From Acidimicrobiia bacterium (GTDB lineage Bacteria > Actinomycetota > Acidimicrobiia > IMCC26256 > DASPTH01), in NCBI GenBank assembly GCA_040509195.1, contig JBEVLJ010000302.1:1-24106 (forward strand): a stretch of DNA of 24,106 bases. Direction: 5' to 3'. A program made the position numbers and the translations under genes. Positions 16,312 through 23,940 of the stretch are shown one piece after another. The first letter of the stretch is position 1, and every line of letters begins with the position of its first letter. Below the pieces are notes generated by a model. It ran no database searches. It saw only the letters and a list, made by a program, of their open reading frames with translations, and was not told where the DNA came from.

Positions 16312-17049
16312 ATGCGTGTGTTGATCGTCGAAGATGACGAGGCGATTGCGACCCCCCTCGCCAAGGGATTGGCGCGGGAAGGGCTCACGGTCGACCGCGT
16401 CGAAACCGGTGCCGAGGCGCTCGAACGCGCCGCGGCGGCCGAGTTCGACGTCGTGCTGCTCGATCTCGGGCTGCCCGACACCGACGGCTTCGACGTGTGT
16501 CGTCAGCTGCGCGCGCGCTCTGACGTGCCGATCATCGTGGTGACGGCGCGGTCCGAGGAAGTCGATCGCGTCGTCGGGCTCGAGCTCGGTGCCGACGACT
16601 ACTTGGTGAAGCCGTTCGGATTTCGCGAGCTCGTCGCGCGGATCCGCGCGGTCGCGCGTCGCCGCACGCCGCGTCACGACACCAACGACGCGAGCGCAAC
16701 CACGTCGAGCGACGGTGACGGTGCGCACGGCGACCGCACCGCGATCGCGAGCGAGCTCGGCGGACTGCGCGTCGACCGTCGGACGCGACGGGTCGCCGTG
16801 GAAGGCGCCGACGTCTCGCTGACGCCGAAGGAGTTCGATCTTCTGGCGTACCTGGCCGAAGACCCGGGTGCGGTGTGCGCGCGTCAACAGGTGCTCGAGC
16901 AGGTGTGGGACCCGCACTGGTATGGCCCCACCAAGACCCTCGACGTGCACGTGGCGTCGTTGCGCAAGAAGCTCGGCGATCCGCGCTGGATCGAGACCGT
17001 GCGCGGCGTCGGATTCCGCCTGCGCGAACCGGCCGACGCGACTCGTTGA
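16312..17049 (+). CDS. OmpR-family response regulator (245 aa)
   Basis: MRVLIVEDD, VLLDLGLPDTDG (phospho-Asp), GADDYLVKPF, winged helix LTPKEFDLL...TLDVHVASLRKKL...IETVRGVGF. SD GAGGAG at 16298-16303. Confidence 0.95.
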   Translation: MRVLIVEDDEAIATPLAKGLAREGLTVDRVETGAEALERAAAAEFDVVLLDLGLPDTDGFDVCRQLRARSDVPIIVVTARSEEVDRVVGLELGADDYLVKPFGFRELVARIRAVARRRTPRHDTNDASATTSSDGDGAHGDRTAIASELGGLRVDRRTRRVAVEGADVSLTPKEFDLLAYLAEDPGAVCARQQVLEQVWDPHWYGPTKTLDVHVASLRKKLGDPRWIETVRGVGFRLREPADATR

Positions 17050-17087
17050 CGCCGGGCGATTGACGCCGAGAGGCTGAAGGGCCGCGA

Positions 17088-18620
17088 ATGAAGCGCCGCC
17101 TGCTCTGGAGCTACCTCACGATCACCGCCTTCGTGCTGCTCGTGCTCGAGATCCCGTTGGGGGTGTCGTACGCGAACTCCGTCGAGCGGCGGCTCACGAG
17201 CGACTTGCAACACGACGCATTCGCCTTGGCGATCCGCACGCAGGCGCCGCTCGACTCGCTCGCGACCGGCGCGAGTGCGGTGCGCACCGCGTCGGAAGCG
17301 CGCTTGGAGTCGCTGGCGCGTGAGTATCACGCGGCGTCTGGAGCGCGCGTCGTCATCGTCGACGCCGAGGGCAAGGCCGTCGCCGACTCGGAGCACTCGT
17401 CCGCGGCCACGGGCCAGGATCTGGGCCAGGATCTGTCGGCGCGGCCGGAGGTCGCCGGTGCGCTGTCGGGTGCGCAGGTCAGCGGCATCGGCACGCTGTC
17501 CGCGACGGACGGCGACCAGCTGTACGTGGCGCTCCCCGTGTCGTCGGCCAAGGGCATCCAGGGTGCGGTGCGCATCACCGCGTCGGCCTCGGTGGTCGGC
17601 GACCGCATTCGTGAGATCTGGCTCCTCCTGGCCGCCACGGGTGGCGTGGTGCTCGGCATCGTGTTCCTCGCGAGCTTGTTGCTGGCGCGCTCGATGGCGC
17701 GGCCGCTCGGCGACCTGCGTGACGCCGCGGTGCAACTCGGTGGTGGCGATCTCGGCGTGCGTGCCGAAGTGCCGCGCGGTCCGACCGAGCTGCGTGAGCT
17801 CGCCGAGTCGTTCAACACCACCGCGGCGCGCCTCGAGCAGCTCGTGAACGCGCAACGCGGGTTCGTCGCTGACGCGTCCCACCAGTTGCGCACACCGCTC
17901 GCCGCGCTGCGCCTTCGCCTCGAGATCCTCGAGTCGGATGTCGACGGCGCGATCGCCGACGACCTCGACGGTGCGCTCGCGGAGGTCGAGCGGCTGTCGC
18001 GCCTCGTCGACGGTCTGCTCGCGTTGGCCCGAGCGGGGAAGGCCGTGTCGGATCCCGTGCCGGTGTCGATCGAGGCGTTGATCGCCGGCCGACGCGAAGC
18101 GTGGGAAGCGTTCGCGCACGAACGTCAGGTGCACATCGAGTCTTCGATCGTCCCCAGCGCCGATGGTGGAGCCCCCTGGGTGCGGGCAACCAGCGGCCGC
18201 CTCGAACAAGTGGTCGACAACCTGCTGAACAACGCGCTCGAAGTCGCGCCGGCCGGGAGCGTCGTGCGCCTCGATGCGAGTGCCCGCGGCGGCATCGTGG
18301 AGCTCGTCGTGCGCGACGAGGGGCCGGGCATGACCGCCCAGGAGTGCGCCCGAGCGTTCGATCGGTTCTGGCAGTCAGGCGAAGCGCGGCGTGACGGACG
18401 ACCGAACGGTCACTTCGGCCTCGGCCTCGCCATCGTGCGTGAGCTCGTCACCGGCGACGGCGGCGACGTGAACTTGCGCCCGGTGGAGCCACACGGGCTC
18501 GCGGCGACGGTGCGAGTGCGCGCGGCGTCAGCGCTCGATCACGTCGGGGTGGCCGACGCGGGTCCGGTGCACGAGCTCGTCGAGCGTGATTCGCTCGAGG
18601 ATCTGGCGCGTGTCCTCTGA
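17088..18620 (+). CDS. Membrane sensor histidine kinase (TM, extracytoplasmic domain, TM, HAMP, HisKA, HATPase; 510 aa)
   Basis: H-box ADASHQLRTPL, N-box LEQVVDNLLNNA, VRDEGPGM, FDRFW, GLGLAIV. The last about 31 codons overlap the opposite-strand Rrf2 gene. Confidence 0.94.
   Translation: MKRRLLWSYLTITAFVLLVLEIPLGVSYANSVERRLTSDLQHDAFALAIRTQAPLDSLATGASAVRTASEARLESLAREYHAASGARVVIVDAEGKAVADSEHSSAATGQDLGQDLSARPEVAGALSGAQVSGIGTLSATDGDQLYVALPVSSAKGIQGAVRITASASVVGDRIREIWLLLAATGGVVLGIVFLASLLLARSMARPLGDLRDAAVQLGGGDLGVRAEVPRGPTELRELAESFNTTAARLEQLVNAQRGFVADASHQLRTPLAALRLRLEILESDVDGAIADDLDGALAEVERLSRLVDGLLALARAGKAVSDPVPVSIEALIAGRREAWEAFAHERQVHIESSIVPSADGGAPWVRATSGRLEQVVDNLLNNALEVAPAGSVVRLDASARGGIVELVVRDEGPGMTAQECARAFDRFWQSGEARRDGRPNGHFGLGLAIVRELVTGDGGDVNLRPVEPHGLAATVRVRAASALDHVGVADAGPVHELVERDSLEDLARVL
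17412..17435 (+). repeat. Perfect 12-bp in-frame tandem duplication (GQDL x2) in the kinase sensor domain
   Basis: GGCCAGGATCTG GGCCAGGATCTG. Confidence 0.85.
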
Positions 18621-18950
18621 GACGCCCACCCACACCTCTTGCAGGATGCAGTGCCCCTCGCAGTGGTCGTGCTCGCCGAGCAACGTGGTGAGTGGGCCAT
18701 CGACCGCGGCGACGATGTCGGCCAGGGTGATCTCGTTCGGCGGACGCGCCAACACGTAACCGCCGCCGACTCCCCGCTTGGAGCGCACGAGACCCGCGCC
18801 CTTGACTGCCAGCAGGATCTGCTCGAGGTACGGCTGGGGGAGCCCAGTGCGCTCAGCGATCTCCTTCACCGACGTCGGCCGCTCGGAGCTGTGCAGCGCC
18901 AGCGACAGCAATGCGCGTGCTGCGTAATCGCCTCTCGTGGAGACTTTCAA
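18528..18950 (-). CDS. Rrf2-family transcriptional regulator (140 aa)
   Basis: MKVSTRGDYAARAL, HTH IAERTGLPQPYLEQIL, GLVRSKRGVGGGYVLARPP.EITLADIV.AVDGP. TTG start with GAGG 5 nt upstream. Confidence 0.95.
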   Translation of the reverse strand: MKVSTRGDYAARALLSLALHSSERPTSVKEIAERTGLPQPYLEQILLAVKGAGLVRSKRGVGGGYVLARPPNEITLADIVAAVDGPLTTLLGEHDHCEGHCILQEVWVGVSEDTRQILERITLDELVHRTRVGHPDVIER

Positions 18951-19066
18951 TTGTGCCTCGCTGCCAGCACTCTGGCCTCGCTACCGCTCGGCATATGGCC
19001 CGCGTCCATTGCTACATGGTCGCGCGTCTGGGCGCGTGTTCGGGCCTTTCCGCTCGGCGTGGAACG

Positions 19067-19072
19067 TAGGTT
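19067..19072 (+). promoter_or_regulatory. -10 element of a probable leaderless promoter
   Basis: TAGGTT 6 nt upstream of ATG 19079, with no SD. Confidence 0.55.
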
Positions 19073-19078
19073 TGGCGG

Positions 19079-20188
19079 ATGGAGCCGGTGAAGCCCGACT
19101 ATTCGGGCGCGAACGTGGTGAACGTGATGCCGGCGTTGCTGGGCTCGCGGCCGGTCGACTGGTTGCCAGAACCGGTCAACGGGGCGCGCGCGGTGGTGCT
19201 GCTCGTGCTCGACGGCCTGGGCTGGGACTTCATCGCGTCGCCCGACGCGCCGCCCGTGCTCGCCGCGATGCACGGGCAAGCCATCACCACCGTCGTGCCG
19301 TCCACCACGCCTGCCGTGCTCACGTCGATCACCACCGGGCTCACCCCGGCCGAGCACGGCATCACCGGATATCGCATGCGCGTCGACGACGAGGGCGTGC
19401 TGAACACCATCCGCTGGAACCGGGCGAACGGCGCGCGACCCCCCGATCCCAGCGAAGCACAGCGTGCGGAGCCGTTCCGGGGCCGGCCGGTGCCCGTGGT
19501 CACCAAGCACGAGTTCCGCAACTCGGGGTTCACCGGCGTCCATCTCCGCGGCGCCGACTTCCACGGTTGGCAGACCACCGCAGTGCTCGTCGAGCACGTG
19601 CGCTCGTTGATCGCGAGCGGCGAGCCGCTCGTGTACGCCTACTACCCGGGCGTCGACGAGGTCGGGCACGCGTACGGGCTCCACACGCCGTGGATCGCGC
19701 GTGAGCTCGAGGCCGCCGATCAGCTCGTCGGCGCCGTGCTCGACGCGGTGCCTGACGACGTCGCCGTGGTCGTCACGGCCGACCACGGGCAGGTGCAGGT
19801 CGGTCCCGACGGGTGGATCGGCCTCGGCGCGCTCGACGCGCTCGTCGACGTGTACGCGGGCGACGGTCGGTTCCGGTACCTCCACGCGCGTCGTGGCGCG
19901 GCCCGTGAGCTGGCCGACGAGGCGCGGGCCCAGTTCGACGACGTCGCATGGGTCTTCACCCGCGACTCGCTGCTCGACGATGGGTGGATGGGTCCCGACC
20001 CCACCGGTCCGACGCGTCGGCGGGTCGGCGACGTGGTCCTCGCGGCGAAGGGCAGCAACGGGTTCATCGACCCCACCTGGCCGCGGGAAGCGGCGCTGAT
20101 GGCCGCCCACGGGTCCTTGACTCCCTCGGAGATGCGGGTCCCGTTGCTTGCCACGCGAGGTCGCGGCTCCAGCTCCGGGCACCGGTGA
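19079..20188 (+). CDS. Alkaline phosphatase superfamily, type I phosphodiesterase/nucleotide pyrophosphatase-like (369 aa)
   Basis: LLVLDGLG, VPSTTPAVLTSITTG (nucleophile Thr), EHGITGY, DEVGHAYG, VVTADHG, AHGSLT. Metal ligands present; no signal peptide evident. Confidence 0.88.
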   Translation: MEPVKPDYSGANVVNVMPALLGSRPVDWLPEPVNGARAVVLLVLDGLGWDFIASPDAPPVLAAMHGQAITTVVPSTTPAVLTSITTGLTPAEHGITGYRMRVDDEGVLNTIRWNRANGARPPDPSEAQRAEPFRGRPVPVVTKHEFRNSGFTGVHLRGADFHGWQTTAVLVEHVRSLIASGEPLVYAYYPGVDEVGHAYGLHTPWIARELEAADQLVGAVLDAVPDDVAVVVTADHGQVQVGPDGWIGLGALDALVDVYAGDGRFRYLHARRGAARELADEARAQFDDVAWVFTRDSLLDDGWMGPDPTGPTRRRVGDVVLAAKGSNGFIDPTWPREAALMAAHGSLTPSEMRVPLLATRGRGSSSGHR

Positions 20189-20232
20189 AGCCAGGCTCCC
20201 GCACGCATGCAGCCAGGCTCCCGCACGCATGC
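20189..20232. repeat. Perfect 22-bp tandem duplication
   Basis: AGCCAGGCTCCCGCACGCATGC x2 (20189-20210, 20211-20232), immediately after the phosphodiesterase stop. Confidence 0.9.
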
Positions 20233-20250
20233 AGCAGGCGCGCTATCGTC

Positions 20251-20270
20251 GAATCACAGCACTGTGATTC
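20251..20270. promoter_or_regulatory. Perfect 9-bp-arm palindrome upstream of dnaE (unassigned operator)
   Basis: GAATCACAG-CA-CTGTGATTC. Confidence 0.6.
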
Positions 20271-20301
20271 TCCACAAGCGCCTCCACAGGCCTGTGCACA
20301 A
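20268..20301. promoter_or_regulatory. DnaA-box-like cluster upstream of dnaE
   Basis: TTCTCCACA (+, 20268-20276), GCCTCCACA (+, 20280-20288), TTGTGCACA (-, 20293-20301, a full match to TT(A/G)TNCACA), and the palindrome CACAGGCCTGTG at 20285-20296. Confidence 0.6.
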
Positions 20302-20330
20302 CGGGAAATGGTCAAGTTGAACCTGCGGGC

Positions 20331-23300
20331 ATGAGCAACAAGTCGTTCGTCCACCTCCACCTCCACACCGAGTTCTCGATGCTCGACGGCGCAGCGCGCA
20401 TCGCCGACGTCGTCGCCACGGCCGCGGCCGACGGACAGCCCGCGGTCGGCATCACCGACCACGGCAACATGTACGGCGTCCTCGACTTCTACAAGGCGGC
20501 GCGCGCCACCGACCTCACGCCGGTCATCGGCACCGAGGCGTACATGGTGACCACCAGTCGCTTCGAGCGCCCGCGTCGCGACGATCACGACATCTACCAC
20601 CTCACGCTGCTCGCGGAATCCACGCAGGGCTACCGCAACCTCATCAAGGTGTCGTCGAGCGCGTACCTCGACGGCTTCCACCAGAAGCCGCGCGTCGACT
20701 TCGACCTGCTCGAGCAGCACCACGAAGGCCTCGTCGCCACGTCCGGCTGTCTCGGTGGCGCGGTCTCGCAGGCGCTGTTGAAGGACGATTACGACGGTGC
20801 ACGCGAGCTTGTGGCGCGCTTCCAACACGTGTTCGGGCGTGACTCGTTCTTCATTGAGCTGCAGGACCACGGGTTGCCCGAGCAGCACGACGTCAACCCG
20901 CAACTGATCAAGCTGGCGCGCGACCTGCGCGCGCCGTTGCTCGCCACCAACGACAGTCACTACACGCATCGCGACGACGCCGAGTCGCATGCCGCCTTGC
21001 TGTGCGTGCAGACCGGCAGCACCATCGACGACCCGAAGCGCTTCAAGTTCGACGCCGAGGAGTTCTACCTGAAGTCGTCGGCGGAGATGCGCCACTTGTT
21101 CCGCGACTACGAGGAAGCGTGCGACAACACGCTGCTCATCGCGGAGCGTGCCAACGTCGAGATCGAGTTCGGCAACTACGCGCTCCCGCGCTTCCCGGTG
21201 CCCGAAGGTCACGACGAGGATTCGTACCTGCGCGAGCTCGTGCTCGAAGGCGTGAAGGAGCGCTACGGCCACGCGCCAGGCGCCGACGTGCTCGAACGCG
21301 TCGAGTTCGAGCTGGGCATCGTGAAGACGATGGGCTTCTCGGCGTACTTCCTGATCGTCGCCGATCTCGTGCGCTACGCGCGTTCCCGCGGGATCCGCGT
21401 GGGTCCGGGCCGCGGCAGTGCCGCCGGCTCGTGTGTGGCGTACTGCCTGCGCATCGTCGACATCGACCCCATCAAGTACGACTTGCTGTTCGAGCGTTTC
21501 CTCAACGTCGACCGCAAGGAGATGCCCGACATCGACATGGACTTCGACTCCCGCTACAGGGGGGAGATGATCCGCTACGCCGCCGAGCGCTACGGCAGCG
21601 ATCACGTTGCCCAGGTCGTCACCTTCTCCACCATCAAGGCGCGCGCCGCGGTGCGCGACTCCGCGCGCGTGCTCGGGTACCCCTACGTGGTCGGCGACAA
21701 GATCGCGAAGCTGATGCCGCCGCTCGTGATGGGTCGCGACACGCCCCTCGCCGCGTGCCTCGAGCTCACGCCGAAGTTCGAAGAGGGCTTCAAGATGGCC
21801 GCGGATCTTCGGGCGCTGTACGACGTCGACGCCGACGCCAAGCGCGTGATCGACGTCGCGCGCGGACTCGAAGGTCTGCGCCGCCAAGACGGCATCCACG
21901 CCGCCGCGGTGGTGATCACGCCGGAGCCGCTCACCGAATACCTGCCGATCCAGCGCAAGCCCGACGGCGGCAAGCTCGACGACGCGCCGATCGTCACGCA
22001 GTACGAGATGAACGGTGTCGCAGATCTCGGTCTGCTCAAGATGGACTTCCTCGGGTTGCGCAACCTCGACGTCATGGAGGTCACGCTCGATCTGATCGAG
22101 AGCAGCACGGGTCGGCGCCCCGACATCGATCGCGTCCCCCTCGACGACGAGCGAACGTTCGAGCTCCTGCGCCGTGGCGAGACGATCGGTGTGTTCCAGC
22201 TCGAAGGCGGGCCGATGCGCGCGCTGCTGCGCTCACTCGCGCCCACCAACTTCGAAGACGTCGCCGCGTTGGTCGCGCTGTACCGCCCGGGCCCGATGGG
22301 CACCAACATGCACAACGAGTACGCCGACCGGAAGAACGGCCGCAAGCCGATCAGCTACTACCACGCCGACGTCGAAGAGATCCTCGCGCCCACGTACGGG
22401 TTGATGATCTACCAAGAGCAGCTGATGCGAGTCGCGCAACGACTCGCCGGTTACTCGCTGGCCGAGGCGAACGCGCTGCGCAAGGTCGCGTCGAAGAAGC
22501 AACGCGAGGCGATGGCGAAGGAGAAGGACCACTTCGTCCAAGGCTGTGTCGACAATGGGCACACCGAGAAGTTCGCGGCGGAGATGTTCGCGGTCATCGA
22601 ACCGTTCGCCGACTACTCGTTCCCGAAGGCCCACGCCACCGGCTACGGGCTCGTCGCGTACCAAACCGCATACCTCAAGGCGAACCACCCGGTGGAGTAC
22701 CTCGCCGCGCTGCTCACGAGCGTGAAGACCAACAAGGACCAGACGGCGATCTTCCTCAACGAGTGTCGCCAGCTCGGCATCGACGTGTTGGTCCCCGACG
22801 TCAACGCGTCGCTCTCCGACTTCTCGGTGCGCCCGGCCGATCCCGACGCGGCACCCGGCACCGGCCACGACAAGCCGGCCATCCACTTCGGCATGTCGGC
22901 GGTGCGCAACGTGGGTGAGGGTGTGGTCGCGCACATCGTCGCCGCGCGTGACGAGGGCGGTCCGTTCACCGACTTCTACGACTTCTGTGACCGCGTCGAC
23001 CCGATCGCGCTCAACAAGCGCACGATCGAGTCGCTCGCGAAGGCGGGGGGCTTCGATTCACTCGGTCACCCGCGCATGGGTCTGGTCGAGGTGCACGAGA
23101 CGATCCTCGACACGGTCATCGACCGTCGTCGCAACGAGGCCGCCGGTCAGTTCGACCTCTTCTCCGCCGTGGCCGACTCCGGATCGTCGGGCGCGGCCTC
23201 CGAGCTCGGCGCGGGGAGTCGCGCCGAGATCCCCGACGTGGAGTACGCCAAGGCGCTCCGCCTCGCACACGAGAAGGAGATGCTCGGTCTCTACGTGAGC

Positions 23301-23870
23301 GAGCACCCGATGCTGGGTGCGGAGCGCGCGCTGCGCAAGTACATCGACTGCACGTTGTCGGAGCTGCGCGATGCACGTGAAGGCGAGATGCGTTCGGTCG
23401 GTGGCGTGATCACCGGCATGAATCGCCGCTACACCAAGCGCGGCGACCTCATGGGTCAGTTCGTGCTCGAAGATCTCGCCGCCGCGCTCGAAGTGATGGT
23501 GTTCCCGAAGACGATGCAGCAGTTCGGCCACCTGCTGGCCGACGACGCGATCGTGGTGGTGAAGGGCCGGGTCGATCAGCGCGACGACATCGTGAAGATC
23601 ATCGCGATGGAGGTCACCCGTCCGGAGCTCGTGCTCGACGGCGGTCCGCCGGTGCGGATCAAGGTGCGCATCAACGGCTTGTCGGATGCCAAGGTCGTGC
23701 GGCTCAAGGAGCTGCTGTCGGTGCATCCCGGCGACAGCCCGGTGTTCGTGCACCTCGAGAGCCCGGAGAAGACCACGGTGTTGCGCCTCGGCGACGACCA
23801 TCTCGTCGACGCCGGCAACGGCCTCTTCGCCGAGCTGCGCGTCCTCCTCGGCGGCGACTGCATCGCCTGA
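20331..23870 (+). CDS. dnaE: DNA polymerase III alpha subunit, replicative DnaE1 type (1179 aa)
   Basis: PHP domain HLHLHTEFSMLDG/TDHGN/TNDSH, GRGSAAGS, MPDIDMDF, HAAAVVI, LLKMDFLGL, clamp motif QFDLF, OB fold and C-terminal domain. No intein. Confidence 0.98.
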   Translation: MSNKSFVHLHLHTEFSMLDGAARIADVVATAAADGQPAVGITDHGNMYGVLDFYKAARATDLTPVIGTEAYMVTTSRFERPRRDDHDIYHLTLLAESTQGYRNLIKVSSSAYLDGFHQKPRVDFDLLEQHHEGLVATSGCLGGAVSQALLKDDYDGARELVARFQHVFGRDSFFIELQDHGLPEQHDVNPQLIKLARDLRAPLLATNDSHYTHRDDAESHAALLCVQTGSTIDDPKRFKFDAEEFYLKSSAEMRHLFRDYEEACDNTLLIAERANVEIEFGNYALPRFPVPEGHDEDSYLRELVLEGVKERYGHAPGADVLERVEFELGIVKTMGFSAYFLIVADLVRYARSRGIRVGPGRGSAAGSCVAYCLRIVDIDPIKYDLLFERFLNVDRKEMPDIDMDFDSRYRGEMIRYAAERYGSDHVAQVVTFSTIKARAAVRDSARVLGYPYVVGDKIAKLMPPLVMGRDTPLAACLELTPKFEEGFKMAADLRALYDVDADAKRVIDVARGLEGLRRQDGIHAAAVVITPEPLTEYLPIQRKPDGGKLDDAPIVTQYEMNGVADLGLLKMDFLGLRNLDVMEVTLDLIESSTGRRPDIDRVPLDDERTFELLRRGETIGVFQLEGGPMRALLRSLAPTNFEDVAALVALYRPGPMGTNMHNEYADRKNGRKPISYYHADVEEILAPTYGLMIYQEQLMRVAQRLAGYSLAEANALRKVASKKQREAMAKEKDHFVQGCVDNGHTEKFAAEMFAVIEPFADYSFPKAHATGYGLVAYQTAYLKANHPVEYLAALLTSVKTNKDQTAIFLNECRQLGIDVLVPDVNASLSDFSVRPADPDAAPGTGHDKPAIHFGMSAVRNVGEGVVAHIVAARDEGGPFTDFYDFCDRVDPIALNKRTIESLAKAGGFDSLGHPRMGLVEVHETILDTVIDRRRNEAAGQFDLFSAVADSGSSGAASELGAGSRAEIPDVEYAKALRLAHEKEMLGLYVSEHPMLGAERALRKYIDCTLSELRDAREGEMRSVGGVITGMNRRYTKRGDLMGQFVLEDLAAALEVMVFPKTMQQFGHLLADDAIVVVKGRVDQRDDIVKIIAMEVTRPELVLDGGPPVRIKVRINGLSDAKVVRLKELLSVHPGDSPVFVHLESPEKTTVLRLGDDHLVDAGNGLFAELRVLLGGDCIA

Positions 23871-23889
23871 CCCCCTGACCCGCCTCCAA

Positions 23890-23940
23890 GTTCCGACTTT
23901 CTGACGCTTGACCGCGTCGGAACGAGGTCAACTGACAGAA
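23890..23940. repeat. Nested inverted repeats between convergent dnaE and the DUF559-like gene (REP-like or bidirectional terminator)
   Basis: GTTCCGAC (23890-23897) / GTCGGAAC (23916-23923); TTCTGACGC / GCGTCGGAA; TTGACC (23908-23913) / GGTCAA (23926-23931). Confidence 0.5.

Noticed and set aside
20189-20232. Possible CRISPR mini-array
   Set aside because: The two copies are directly adjacent with no spacer, and there are no cas genes.
20251-20270. Palindrome as a CRP, LexA or NrdR site
   Set aside because: The half-sites are in the order TCACA...TGTGA with the wrong spacing for CRP (TGTGA-N6-TCACA). It does not match TCGAAC-N4-GTTCGA or the NrdR box.
21002-22918. 638-aa same-strand alternative-frame ORF inside dnaE (also 11462-13171 inside ileS)
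   Set aside because: Arg/Gly/Pro-rich off-frame translation typical of GC3-biased genes, with no SD or domain signal.
20331-23870. Intein or split in dnaE
   Set aside because: Length and motif order are those of an uninterrupted DnaE, with no intein-like insertion or C-terminal HN motif block.
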